A stretch of DNA of 64,000 nt from Bacillota bacterium (GTDB lineage: Bacteria > Bacillota > Sulfobacillia > RBS10-35 > Bu92): the NCBI GenBank assembly GCA_014896375.1, contig JADBKN010000001.1, forward strand, positions 274 to 64,273. The letters run 5' to 3'. Made by a program: the position numbers and the translations under genes. Below the pieces are notes generated by a model. It had not been told where the DNA came from. It did not search any database and was given only the letters and a program-made list of their open reading frames with translations. Shown here in pieces: positions 21,810 to 31,590 of this stretch (positions are counted from its first letter, which is position 1; each line of letters starts with the position of its first letter).

Positions 21810-23049
21810 ATGGGAGCTTGCCCTCCGCACCTGGCGGGCCGAGAAGGCGATGAACGTCCTCACCATCCTGCTGACCGCGCTGGGGTTCGCGGTGTATGCG
21901 CTCATGTCGGCCTGGGGTCACCAGGTGCTTTCGCCGGCCGGCATCCGCGCTCAGGCCGTCGCCCTGCCGGCGGACGCTGTCGTCCTGACCCCGCCATGGG
22001 CGCAGGAGGCCGTCCTGCCGGACCTCTCCGTCGAGGCCGTGACGCGCAAGGCCGGCATCGCGGCGACGGTGCGGCAGGCCGCCGCCGCGCTGGCGGTGCC
22101 GGTATTCACGGATGGCGGCACGGTGCGCGCGTGGGGGCTGGACCCCGGCAGCCCGGCAGCTGCGTCGCTGCGCGTTGTCGTGGGTGCGGGCGACCTTTCA
22201 AGCACCTCGGGAGACGTCCTGGTCGCGAAGGATTTCGCTGCAGCGCACGCGCTGGGGGTCGGCTCGCGACTGCGCCTGGCGGCCGTGACCCCCGACCAGC
22301 GCTGGCAGGCGGCCGAATTCCGCGTCGCCGGGATCTACGATCCCAACGGACCTCTGATGGGGTCCGTGGTGCTGTCGAAAGAGGCTCTAAGCCGCCTCAC
22401 GGGCTACACCCGGGACAACGCGCTCTTCCTCTGGGGCGGTCCGGGGTTGCGGGCGGCTCTCCCGGACGCGCTTACCGTTACGCGCGAGCCCGAGTTTCCG
22501 CCGGGCTTCGCGCCCGCCATGACGGTCGATCACTTCCGCGGCGCGCCGATCCCCTTCGGCTTCCTCACGGGCCAGTTCGCTCTGATGCCATCCACGCCGG
22601 CCGCCCAGGTGCAGGCGGTGGTGGCCGCCGCCACCGGCCGCAACCTCACACCGCTGGCGATGGCGCTCTTCGCCCTCATGGGCGTGGCCGTCACGATCCT
22701 CCAGGTGGTGCGCGTGCTCGACGCACAGCGGGTACTGGGGACGTTCAAATCCCTCGGCGAGACGCCGTCGCAGACGATGCGCCGCTACACCATGAGCGGC
22801 GCCTTCAACATGCTTGTGGCCGCCATCCTGGCGCGCGGGCTCTTCGAGCTGGTGGCGGACGTCCTCAATGCGCGGCACGCGAGCCACCTGGCGTTCCACC
22901 CTGGGGTGTATTTCATCTGGCTCTGCGCCGCCGCCCTCTTCGCCTGGTGGGCGGGCAAGGTGCCGGCCATCCTCACCCACACCGCGGCGACGCGCTCGCT
23001 GCTCCTCCGTGCGAACGACTTCGACTGGTTCGCGCTGATCCGGTTTTGA
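21802..23049 (+). CDS. Second FtsX/MacB-like ABC permease
   Basis: TM1, a MacB-PCD-like region (LGVGSRLRL...FRVAGIY), LGTFKSLG and C-terminal TM segments. Overlaps the upstream gene. Confidence 0.75.
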   Translation: MTEWELALRTWRAEKAMNVLTILLTALGFAVYALMSAWGHQVLSPAGIRAQAVALPADAVVLTPPWAQEAVLPDLSVEAVTRKAGIAATVRQAAAALAVPVFTDGGTVRAWGLDPGSPAAASLRVVVGAGDLSSTSGDVLVAKDFAAAHALGVGSRLRLAAVTPDQRWQAAEFRVAGIYDPNGPLMGSVVLSKEALSRLTGYTRDNALFLWGGPGLRAALPDALTVTREPEFPPGFAPAMTVDHFRGAPIPFGFLTGQFALMPSTPAAQVQAVVAAATGRNLTPLAMALFALMGVAVTILQVVRVLDAQRVLGTFKSLGETPSQTMRRYTMSGAFNMLVAAILARGLFELVADVLNARHASHLAFHPGVYFIWLCAAALFAWWAGKVPAILTHTAATRSLLLRANDFDWFALIRF

Positions 23050-23138
23050 GGCGGGAGCGCTGGGGCGGGACCGGTAGGGCAGAGAAGGCGGAAGGATCGG
23101 TCATGCGCCGCAGCGGCGACGGCAAGGCGCATTCCGCG

Positions 23139-23160
23139 CCCTATCGGTATACATAACGCC
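23139..23160. repeat. Dispersed 22-bp repeat copy (CCCTATCGGTATACATAACGCC)
   Basis: 19/22 identical to 32879-32900. Confidence 0.65.
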
Positions 23161-23284
23161 CGGGCGCGTCCGATGAAGGCGCGGAGAGGTAGCGTGGGTT
23201 CGCTCTGCGGACGTTGCGCCACCGCCGGCTAACGCCGGCAATCTCCGCCATCCGATCGCCCTGCGGTGGTGGGGATCCGCCCCC

Positions 23285-23314
23285 GTCTACCCTCGTCCCG
23301 CGGGTCATACACAT
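23285..23314 (+). promoter_or_regulatory. Possible sigmaE-type sporulation promoter for the yloB-like ATPase
   Basis: GTCTA-N16-CATACACAT resembles the sigmaE -35/-10. B. subtilis yloB is a sporulation-expressed gene. Confidence 0.3.
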
Positions 23315-23435
23315 CCTGCGGAGACGCACGGTACCGCCGCTTTCCGCCGGCCACCGCGGCGAAAGCGGCGCGCCCCGCGTCCCCCGCGGCCGTGACCACC
23401 ACGGCCGCGCGCACGCAGGGAAGGGCGGGATCTCC

Positions 23436-26171
23436 TTGTCGGACACCCCGGAATGGTATCGCCTCGCTCCGGCCGAAGCGGCCGCGAAACTGGGCACGAG
23501 CCTGGAAGGGGGCCTCTCCACCGCCGAAGCGCGACGCCGCCTCGTCCGCTTCGGCCCGAACGAGCTGCAGGAGCGCCGGCCGCCCTCGCCCCTGGCGATC
23601 CTCCTCGACCAGTTCAAGGACTTCATGGTGCTCGTCCTCGTCGGCGCGACGATCGTCTCCTTCTTCCTCGGCGAGGTGGCGGATTCGATCGCCATCCTCA
23701 TCATCGTGGCGCTGAACGCGATCCTCGGCTTCGTGCAGGAGTACCGCGCGGAGCAGTCGCTGGAGGCGCTCAAGCAGCTGACGGCCCCGGCGGCGCGCGT
23801 GGTGCGCGACGGGCATCCCACGCAGGTGCCCGCCCGGGATGTCGTGCCGGGCGACGTGCTGCTCCTTGAGGCGGGCGACCGCGTGCCGGCGGATGTGCGC
23901 CTCGTGGAGGCGGTCCACCTAGAAGCGGACGAGGCGGCGCTGACGGGGGAGTCCATCCCGGTGCGCAAGCGCGTGGACGCGGACGACCGCCCGGGTCTGC
24001 CGCCCGGGGACCAGCGGGGCATGGCCTTTCAGGGGACGGTCGTGACGCGGGGGCGGGGGCGCGGCGTCGTCGTGGCGACGGGGATGCACACGGAGGTGGG
24101 GCGCATCGCGGGGATGATCCAGGCCGCCGGGCAGCCGGAGACGCCGCTGCAGCGGCGCCTGGAGCAACTGGGGAAGATCCTGGTCCTCGCCTGCCTTCTC
24201 GTGTCGGGGCTGGTGGTGGCCGGGGGCGTGTGGCAGGGGCGGGACCCGTACACGATGTTCTTCACCGGCGTGAGCCTGGCGGTGGCGGCGATTCCCGAAG
24301 GGCTGCCGGCCATCGTGACGATTGCGCTGGCGCTGGGCGTGCAGCGCATGATCCGCGTGAACGCCATCGTGCGGCGCCTGCCGGCCGTGGAGACGTTGGG
24401 CTGCGCCACCGTGATCTGCTCGGACAAGACGGGGACGCTCACCACCAACGCCATGACCGTGCGCGCGCTGTACGCCGACGGCCGCTGGGTGGAGGTCACG
24501 GGGCGCGGGTACCGGCCGGAAGGCGAGCTGCTCGTCGAGGGGAAGGCGATCCGCCCGGCGCCGCGGTCCGCGCTGGGCCTCGCCCTCGTCTGCGGAGCGC
24601 TCTGCAACAACGCTTCCCTGGAGGAGGCGCGCCGGGGGCGGGAGCGCACCTGGGAGGTGCGCGGCGATCCCACCGAGGCCGCACTGCTTGTCGCGGCGGC
24701 GAAGGCAGGGCTCTCTCCCTCGCGGCTCGGCGAACTCCATCCACGCCTCGCCGAGGTGCCGTTCGAATCCGAACGGCGGCGCATGTCGGTGGTGGTGCGG
24801 GGCGAGGAGGGGGCGGTCGTCTTCGTGAAGGGCGCACCCGACGACGTGCTCGACCTCTGCACCCACGTGCGGATGGGGGAACGCCTCCTGCCCATGGACG
24901 CGCACCTGAGGCGGGAGCTGAGGGCGGTGCACGAGGAGATGGCGGGACGCGCCATGCGCGTGCTGGGGCTGGCCATGCGCTCCTGGTCCGGCGCGGTGAG
25001 GGAGGACCTGCGCGCCGAGGAGGTGGAGCGCGACCTCGTCTTTCTCGGCTTCGCCGGCATGATCGACCCGCCCCGGGCGGAGGTGCGGGACGCCATCGCC
25101 GAGTGCCACCGCGCGGGCCTGCGCGCCGTGATGATCACCGGAGACCACGCGCGCACGGCGGAGGCGATCGCCCGCGAGCTGCACATGCTGCCCCCGGGCG
25201 GGCGCGTCCTGACCGGCGCCCAGCTCGACGCCATGGACGATGCCGAGCTCGCCGCGGCGGTGGCCGACACGTATGTTTTCGCCCGCGTGTCGCCGGCGCA
25301 CAAACTGCGTATCGTCAGGGCCTTCCAGGCGCGCGGCGAGGTGGTGGCGATGACGGGCGACGGCGTGAACGACGCCCCGGCCGTCAAAGAGGCCGACATC
25401 GGCGTAGCCATGGGGCGCAGCGGGACCGACGTGACCAAAGAGGCGTCCGACATGATCCTCACCGACGACAACTTCGCCACCATCGTGGCGGCCATCCGCG
25501 AGGGGCGCGCGATCTACGACAACATCCGCAAATTCATCCGCTACCTCCTCTCGTGCAACACGGGCGAGATCCTGCTCATGGTCCTGGCCACACTCCTTGA
25601 GACGCCCTTGCCGCTCCTGCCGATCCAGATGCTGCTCGTGAACCTGGTCACGGACGGCCTGCCGGCCCTGGCGCTCGGGGTCGACCCTCCGGACCGCGAC
25701 GTGATGTGCCGCCGGCCGCGCGACCCGCGCGAGGGCGTCTTCGCGCGCGGTTTGGCGCGGCTCATCGCCGTGCGCGGCGTGATCATCGGCGTGGCCAGCC
25801 TCTACGTGTTCCTCTTGGCGCTGAGCGTGACGGGCCACGTGGACCTCGCGCGGACGATGGCCATGGCGACCCTCTGCGTCTCCCAGCTCTTCCACTCCTT
25901 CGACGCGCGCTCGGAGTACAAGAGCCTCTGGCAGGTCGGGATCTTCACGAACCCGGCGCTGATCGCGGCGGCGCTCGTCTCTTTCGCGGCGCTTTGCGCG
26001 GTGATCTACCTCCCGGTCCTGCAACCGGCCTTCCACAGCGTGCCGCTGGGCTGGGGGGAGTGGGTGATCGTCGGCGGCACCTCCCTGGCGGGGGCGCTGC
26101 TCGCCGGATGCTACAACCTCGCGCGCGCCATCTGGCACCGGCGCGCTGTGGTGCTGCGCCAGCGGGGCTGA
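23436..26171 (+). CDS. P-type IIA cation (Ca2+)-transporting ATPase, YloB-like
   Basis: Motifs TGES, PEGLP, DKTGT, KGAP, DPPR, TGD, GDGVND, LLSCNTGE and VNLVTDG. Confidence 0.93.
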   Translation: MSDTPEWYRLAPAEAAAKLGTSLEGGLSTAEARRRLVRFGPNELQERRPPSPLAILLDQFKDFMVLVLVGATIVSFFLGEVADSIAILIIVALNAILGFVQEYRAEQSLEALKQLTAPAARVVRDGHPTQVPARDVVPGDVLLLEAGDRVPADVRLVEAVHLEADEAALTGESIPVRKRVDADDRPGLPPGDQRGMAFQGTVVTRGRGRGVVVATGMHTEVGRIAGMIQAAGQPETPLQRRLEQLGKILVLACLLVSGLVVAGGVWQGRDPYTMFFTGVSLAVAAIPEGLPAIVTIALALGVQRMIRVNAIVRRLPAVETLGCATVICSDKTGTLTTNAMTVRALYADGRWVEVTGRGYRPEGELLVEGKAIRPAPRSALGLALVCGALCNNASLEEARRGRERTWEVRGDPTEAALLVAAAKAGLSPSRLGELHPRLAEVPFESERRRMSVVVRGEEGAVVFVKGAPDDVLDLCTHVRMGERLLPMDAHLRRELRAVHEEMAGRAMRVLGLAMRSWSGAVREDLRAEEVERDLVFLGFAGMIDPPRAEVRDAIAECHRAGLRAVMITGDHARTAEAIARELHMLPPGGRVLTGAQLDAMDDAELAAAVADTYVFARVSPAHKLRIVRAFQARGEVVAMTGDGVNDAPAVKEADIGVAMGRSGTDVTKEASDMILTDDNFATIVAAIREGRAIYDNIRKFIRYLLSCNTGEILLMVLATLLETPLPLLPIQMLLVNLVTDGLPALALGVDPPDRDVMCRRPRDPREGVFARGLARLIAVRGVIIGVASLYVFLLALSVTGHVDLARTMAMATLCVSQLFHSFDARSEYKSLWQVGIFTNPALIAAALVSFAALCAVIYLPVLQPAFHSVPLGWGEWVIVGGTSLAGALLAGCYNLARAIWHRRAVVLRQRG

Positions 26172-26203
26172 GGGGCGCCGCGCGCCGCGCCGGGCGCCCG
26201 ATG

Positions 26204-26209
26204 TACAAT
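26204..26209 (+). promoter_or_regulatory. -10 box TACAAT 6 nt before an ATG; probable leaderless promoter
   Basis: The sequence reads TACAAT-gggggc-ATG(26216). Confidence 0.5.
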
Positions 26210-26215
26210 GGGGGC

Positions 26216-27142
26216 ATGCCGAGCATCGACGTGCCCGCAGGAACCGCGCATTACGTCACCGGCGCCCTGGACCCGGCCGCGGCGGGCGCGCAGGGCCCCG
26301 TCCTCGTGGCCCTACACGGAGCCGGGGCGTCCCACCGCGCGTTCGGCCACATGGCGTATTCCCTGGGGCAGGCATGGCCCGTCATCGTGCCGGATCTGCC
26401 CGGCCACGGCCGTTCCTCGCCGTTACCCGGAGAGGTGACGATTCCCGCTCTGGCCGGATGGGTCGAGGACTTTTGGACCGCCCTCTGCGCCTCCTGGGGA
26501 CGGCGACCTCCGCTCGTGCTCCTCGGCCACTCGATGGGCGGCGCCGTGGCCATCGAGTACGGGCTGACGCGGCAGGAGGGCCTGCTGGCGCCCGCCGGCC
26601 TGGTGCTGGTAGCCACGGGCGGGCGGTTGCGCGTGCGGCCGGATTTCCTCGCAGCGCTGGCGGAGGGGCGGTATCCGGAGGAGCTGCTGGAGGCGGTGGC
26701 GGGGCTGGGCGCGGCGGGCACGGGCGCAGGGCCGGCGGGCGCGGGTACGGGTGGGGGCGCGGCGCCCGCGGCCGCGGGCGCGGCGGAGGCCTTCGCCGCG
26801 CGCGTGGTCGCGCGCCCTGGCGGCGCGGGCGTCGACGCGCCGCCGGAGGTGACCTACCGTGACCTTCTCGCCTGCGACGCCTTCGACCGCCTGGCCGACC
26901 TGCCCCGCCTCCGCGTGCCCACGCTCGTCATCCAGGGGGACCGTGACCTTATGACGCCGCTTAAGTACGGGCAGCGACTGGCGGAAGCCATTCCCGGCGC
27001 GCGCCTCGTCGTGGTGGAGGAGGCGGGCCACCTTGTGCACGCGCAGCGTCCCGGCCCGGTGAACCGCGCCGTGCGGGCGTTTCTTGAGGAACTGGCGGCC
27101 GGTCTCGCGCCGGACGGCACGCAGCCGGGCGTATCCGGCTGA
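26216..27142 (+). CDS. Alpha/beta fold hydrolase
   Basis: Motifs LHGAG, DLPGHGRS, GHSMGG, GDRDLMTP and AGHLVH. Confidence 0.9.
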   Translation: MPSIDVPAGTAHYVTGALDPAAAGAQGPVLVALHGAGASHRAFGHMAYSLGQAWPVIVPDLPGHGRSSPLPGEVTIPALAGWVEDFWTALCASWGRRPPLVLLGHSMGGAVAIEYGLTRQEGLLAPAGLVLVATGGRLRVRPDFLAALAEGRYPEELLEAVAGLGAAGTGAGPAGAGTGGGAAPAAAGAAEAFAARVVARPGGAGVDAPPEVTYRDLLACDAFDRLADLPRLRVPTLVIQGDRDLMTPLKYGQRLAEAIPGARLVVVEEAGHLVHAQRPGPVNRAVRAFLEELAAGLAPDGTQPGVSG

Positions 27143-27196
27143 CCGCGCGCAGAAGCCCGGCCGGCACCGGCCGGAAGCGGATGGAGGGAGCCCCGG

Positions 27197-28072
27197 GTGG
27201 ATCTGGCGTTCATCAAGATGGAGGGCGCGGGCAACGACTACGTCTACGTCGACGGCGTCGGGCGGCCGCTGCCGGACCTCGACTGGCCGGAGGTGGCGCG
27301 GCGCGTCTCCGACCGCCGCTTCGGCGTGGGCAGTGACGGCCTCATTCTCATCGCCCGCGGGGAACGCGCGCCGTTCCGCATGATCATGTTCAATGCGGAC
27401 GGCAGCCGTGGGGAGATGTGCGGCAACGGCATGCGCTGCCTGGCCTTCTACGTGCACGCCGCCGGCTATACGGCGGCGCCCGAGTTCGAGGTGGAGACGG
27501 ACGGCGGGCCCGTGCGCGTGGCCATCCTGGAGAGCGGCCGCCGCCGCGGCCGCGTGCGCGTGGACATGGGCCCGCCGCGTCTGGAGCCGGAGCGCATCCC
27601 CACCACGCTGCCCGGTACGCCGGTCGTGGGCGCGCCTCTGGAGGTGGACGGCCGCACGGTGCGCGTCGCGGCGGTGTCGATGGGGAACCCTCATTGCGTC
27701 GTGTTCTTGGACGAAAACCATTTCGGCGCGCCGCTGGACGGACTGGACCTTGAGGCCATCGGCCCGCTCTTTGAGCACCACCCCGCCTTCCCGCAGCGCG
27801 TGAACACGGAGTTCGTCGAGGTCGAGGGGCCTGACCGCCTTCGCATGCGCGTCTGGGAACGCGGCTCCGGGGAGACCTGGGCCTGCGGCACGGGCGCCTG
27901 CGCGGCGCTCGTGGCGGCGGCACTGACGGGGCGGAGCGGCCGCCGCGCGCGGGTGGGCGTGCGCGGCGGGGAGCTGGAGGTGGAGTGGGCCGCAGGCGGC
28001 CACGTGTTCCTGAGCGGCCCGGCCGTCGAAGTGTTCCGCGGCACGTTCCCTGTGGAGGAGGAAAGGGTTTGA
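27197..28072 (+). CDS. dapF: Diaminopimelate epimerase
   Basis: Motifs FIKMEGAGNDY, NADGSRGEMCGNG, SMGNPH and ERGSGETWACGTGAC. Confidence 0.96.
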   Translation: MDLAFIKMEGAGNDYVYVDGVGRPLPDLDWPEVARRVSDRRFGVGSDGLILIARGERAPFRMIMFNADGSRGEMCGNGMRCLAFYVHAAGYTAAPEFEVETDGGPVRVAILESGRRRGRVRVDMGPPRLEPERIPTTLPGTPVVGAPLEVDGRTVRVAAVSMGNPHCVVFLDENHFGAPLDGLDLEAIGPLFEHHPAFPQRVNTEFVEVEGPDRLRMRVWERGSGETWACGTGACAALVAAALTGRSGRRARVGVRGGELEVEWAAGGHVFLSGPAVEVFRGTFPVEEERV

Positions 28073-29241
28073 CGCGATTCGCGCGCGCCGAGCGGTTGCA
28101 GAAGATCCCGCCGTATCTCTTCGCGGAGCTCGACCGGCGCATCGCCGCGAAGCGGGCGGCCGGCGTGGACGTCATCAGCCTGGGTGTGGGAGATCCCGAC
28201 CGGCCCACCCCGCCGCATATCGTGGAGCGCCTCGCCCGGGAGGCGGCACGGCCCGAGTGGCACCGCTACCCCTCCTATGTCGGCGCACCGGAGTTCCGCC
28301 GCGCCGCCGCACGCTGGCTGGAGCGGAACTACGGCGTGCAGGTGGATCCGGACCGTGAGGTGGTGGCGCTCATCGGCTCCAAGGAGGGGCTGGCGCACCT
28401 CTGCTGGGCGCTCGTCAACCCCGGCGACGCGGTGCTGGTGCCGGATCCCGGCTACCCGGTGTACCGGACGCAAGCCGTCTTCGCGGGTGGTGAGCCGGTG
28501 GAGCTGCCGCTGCGCGCGGAGCGCGGCTTCCTTCCCGACCTGGCGGCCGTGCCGGAGACGGTGGCGAGGCGGGCGAGGCTGCTTTTCCTCAACTACCCGA
28601 ACAATCCGACCGGGGCCACGGCGACGGCGGCGGACTTCGCGGAGTGGGTCGCCTTCGCGCGGCGCCACGGCATCGCCTTCGCGCACGATGCCGCGTACGT
28701 GGACCTCGCCCTGGACGGCGGCCGCGCGCCCATCGCTCTCCAGGCGCCCGGCGCGAAGGACGTGACGATCGAGTTCTTCTCGCTGTCCAAGCCGTACAAC
28801 ATGACGGGCTGGCGCCTGGGCTTCGCCGCCGGCAACGCGGAGCTCGTGCAGGCTCTCGCGACGGTGAAGGAGAATACGGACAGCGGCCAGTTCACCGCCC
28901 TCCAGATGGCTGGCGTGGAAGCGCTCGAGAACACTCCGGAGGCCTTCCTGGAAGAGATGCGCGCCCTCTACCGGCGTCGTCTGGAGAAGGCCGCGGCGGC
29001 GCTGAGGGAGGCCGGCTTCGATGCACGCCGGCCGCGCGCCACATTCTACCTCTGGGTGCCGGTGCCGGCGGGGTACACGGCGGAGCAGGTGGCGGAGCGC
29101 ATGCTGGAGGAGGCGGGCGTGGTGGTGAGCCCCGGCACGGCCTACGGGCGGCACGGAGCGGGCTACATCCGCCTCTCCCTCACACTGCCGGACGAGCGTC
29201 TGGATGAGGCGCTGGACCGCATCCGCCGGCTCAAGTTCTGA
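28069..29241 (+). CDS. dapL: LL-diaminopimelate aminotransferase
   Basis: Motifs IPPYLFAELD, GSKEG, NYPNNPTG, EFFSLSKPYNMTGWRLG and VKENTDSG. Coupled to dapF. Confidence 0.88.
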   Translation: MTRFARAERLQKIPPYLFAELDRRIAAKRAAGVDVISLGVGDPDRPTPPHIVERLAREAARPEWHRYPSYVGAPEFRRAAARWLERNYGVQVDPDREVVALIGSKEGLAHLCWALVNPGDAVLVPDPGYPVYRTQAVFAGGEPVELPLRAERGFLPDLAAVPETVARRARLLFLNYPNNPTGATATAADFAEWVAFARRHGIAFAHDAAYVDLALDGGRAPIALQAPGAKDVTIEFFSLSKPYNMTGWRLGFAAGNAELVQALATVKENTDSGQFTALQMAGVEALENTPEAFLEEMRALYRRRLEKAAAALREAGFDARRPRATFYLWVPVPAGYTAEQVAERMLEEAGVVVSPGTAYGRHGAGYIRLSLTLPDERLDEALDRIRRLKF

Positions 29242-29246
29242 ACGCG

Positions 29247-29687
29247 ATGGAAAGCCTCAGGGACGAAGCCTTCCGCCTGGATGAGGCCGTGCGCGCGGCC
29301 CTGCGCGCGGCGCTCGGGGAGCGCCTCGTGGCTGCGGCCGTGTGGGGAAGCCGCGCCACGGGAAGCGCGCGCGCCGATTCCGACGTGAATGTCGTCGCCC
29401 TGGCGGCCCCCCTGCCCGAGGAGGCCGAGGAGCGGCGCGCGCTCGTGCGCGCGGCGCGGCGCCGCTTTCTCTGGGATGCCGGGCTGCGGCTCTCGCTCAC
29501 GCTGCTCACGCCGGAGGAGCTGGCGCTGCGCGCGGGCTCTTCGGATCCCCTCGTGCTCGGCCTCGCCCAGGGCCACCGCGTGGTGGAGGGCGCCGCGGCA
29601 CCCTTTGCCGAGGCGCTGGGAGCCGTGGCGGGCGCCTACCGCTGGGACGAGGAGCTCAGAGCATGGACCTGGCGCGCGCCTTCCTAG
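29247..29687 (+). CDS. Minimal nucleotidyltransferase (MNT) domain protein
   Basis: VWGSRATGSARADSDVNV matches GS...DxD, with the second Asp replaced by Asn. Confidence 0.8.
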   Translation: MESLRDEAFRLDEAVRAALRAALGERLVAAAVWGSRATGSARADSDVNVVALAAPLPEEAEERRALVRAARRRFLWDAGLRLSLTLLTPEELALRAGSSDPLVLGLAQGHRVVEGAAAPFAEALGAVAGAYRWDEELRAWTWRAPS

Positions 29688-30271
29688 CCACGGCGCGGGA
29701 TGACCTGCGCGCCGCCCGGGTTCTCCTCGCGGAGGAGCTCTGGGCCGCGTCCTGCTTCTTCAGCCAGCAGGCGGCGGAGAAGGCGGCGAAGGCCTGGCTC
29801 TGCGCCGCCGGCGTGGCGCCGCCGCGCTCGCATTACGTGAGCGCGGTGCTGTCGCGGCTGCTGCGGGGGCGCGGGGAGACCGGCGCCGGGGCGGGGGGCG
29901 CCGGGGCGGGTGGCGCTGGGGTGGCGGGCGCGGGCGGCGCCCCGGGGGCGGTTGGCGCGGCCGTGGTGGGCGAGGCGGGGGCGGCCGCCGGGGCTGCGGG
30001 CGCGGCGCGCGCGGCGAGGAGAGCGGGCGCGGGCGCGGCCGGCGCGGAGGAGAGAGCTGGGCCGGCGCGCGGGGCCCGCGCGGCGGAGCGGCGCCTGGTC
30101 GAGCTCCTCGACGAGCTGGAGGAGTACGTCACCGAGGCCCGCTACCCGGAGCGCGGCGCGGGGGGCTACCTCTCGCCGTACGGCCGCCTGGGGCGGCGAC
30201 GCGCCGAGGAGGCGACCGCCCTCGCCGAGGAGGCGGTCCGCTTCGTGGAGGAGAATCTCCTTGAGAGGTGA
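29663..30271 (+). CDS. HEPN domain protein with Gly/Ala insertion
   Basis: Motifs ARDDLRAA, CFFSQQAAEKAAKA, PRSH and ARYP. Overlaps the MNT gene. Confidence 0.82.
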   Translation: MDLARAFLATARDDLRAARVLLAEELWAASCFFSQQAAEKAAKAWLCAAGVAPPRSHYVSAVLSRLLRGRGETGAGAGGAGAGGAGVAGAGGAPGAVGAAVVGEAGAAAGAAGAARAARRAGAGAAGAEERAGPARGARAAERRLVELLDELEEYVTEARYPERGAGGYLSPYGRLGRRRAEEATALAEEAVRFVEENLLER

Positions 30272-30277
30272 CGCGCT

Positions 30278-31069
30278 GTGAAACAGTACCTCGACCTCTG
30301 CCGCCACATTCTGGAGCACGGCGTGGAGACGCGGGACCGCACGGGCGTCGGCACGCTGAGCGTCTTCGGCTACCAGATGCGCTTCGACCTCGCCGAGGGG
30401 TTTCCGCTCCTCACGACGAAGCGGCTCTTCGTCAAGGGCATCATCCACGAGCTCCTCTGGTTCATCCGCGGCGACACGAACGTGAGGTACCTGCAAGAAC
30501 ACGGCGTGCACATCTGGGACCCCTGGGCGGACGAGAACGGCGACCTCGGCCCCGTCTACGGCAAGCAATGGCGCCGCTGGGCGGGTCCGGACGGTCCCGT
30601 CGACCAGCTCCGCAACGTCATCGAGGAGATCCGCCGCGACCCGCACTCCCGGAGGCTCGTCGTCACGGCCTGGAACCCGGCGGAGGTGCCGTCGATGGCG
30701 CTGCCGCCCTGCCATACGCTCTTCCAGTTCTACGTGCGCAACGGCCGGCTGAGCTGCATGCTCTACCAGCGGAGTGCCGACGTGTTCCTGGGCCTGCCCT
30801 TCAACATCGCCAGCTACGCCCTGCTGACGATGATGGTGGCGCAGGTGACGGGATACCAGCCGGGAGAGTTCATCCACACGCTGGGCGACGCCCACATCTA
30901 CCTCAACCACTTCGACCAGGTCCGGCTGCAGCTCACGCGCGAGCCGCGCCCGCTCCCGCAGATGCGCCTCAATCCGGCGGTGCGCGACCTCTTCGCCTTC
31001 CGCTACGAGGACTTCGAGCTCGTGGGCTACGACCCGCACCCGCCCATCCGCGGCGAGGTGGCCGTTTGA
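30278..31069 (+). CDS. thyA: Thymidylate synthase
   Basis: Motifs [45 protein letters not shown] and DAHIY. Confidence 0.98.
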   Translation: MKQYLDLCRHILEHGVETRDRTGVGTLSVFGYQMRFDLAEGFPLLTTKRLFVKGIIHELLWFIRGDTNVRYLQEHGVHIWDPWADENGDLGPVYGKQWRRWAGPDGPVDQLRNVIEEIRRDPHSRRLVVTAWNPAEVPSMALPPCHTLFQFYVRNGRLSCMLYQRSADVFLGLPFNIASYALLTMMVAQVTGYQPGEFIHTLGDAHIYLNHFDQVRLQLTREPRPLPQMRLNPAVRDLFAFRYEDFELVGYDPHPPIRGEVAV

Positions 31070-31584
31070 TCACCATCGTGGCCGCCGTGGACGAGGACGG
31101 CGTGATCGGCGCGGGCGGGCGCCTTCCCTGGCACCTGCCGGCCGACCTGCGCCGCTTTCGGGAGCTCACGGAGGGGCACGTGGTGGTGATGGGGCGGAAG
31201 ACCTACGAATCGATCGGGCGGCCGCTGCCGCGGCGCACGAACATCGTGCTGACGCGGAATCCCCGCTACCCGGCGCCCGGCTGCCTCGTCCTCACCGATC
31301 CTGCGGACGTGGCCCCCTTCGCCGCGCGGGATGAGGTGTTCGTGATCGGCGGGCGCGAGATCTTCGACCTCTTTTTGCCCGTGGCCGACCGTATCCACCT
31401 CACCGTGGTCCACGGGCGCTTCCCCGGGGACACGCGCTTTCCTCTTGAGGCGCTGCGCGCCTTCCGTCGCACGCGCCGCGAGCGGCACGCGCGCGACGAG
31501 CGGAATCCCTACGACTACACCTTCGAGCAATACGACCGACCCGCTGAGCCATACGACCCACCCGCAGCCGGGACAGGGAGATGA
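31066..31584 (+). CDS. folA: Dihydrofolate reductase
   Basis: Motifs [34 protein letters not shown] and GDTRFP. TTG overlaps the thyA stop. Confidence 0.96.
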   Translation: MITIVAAVDEDGVIGAGGRLPWHLPADLRRFRELTEGHVVVMGRKTYESIGRPLPRRTNIVLTRNPRYPAPGCLVLTDPADVAPFAARDEVFVIGGREIFDLFLPVADRIHLTVVHGRFPGDTRFPLEALRAFRRTRRERHARDERNPYDYTFEQYDRPAEPYDPPAAGTGR

Positions 31585-31590
31585 ACGCGC

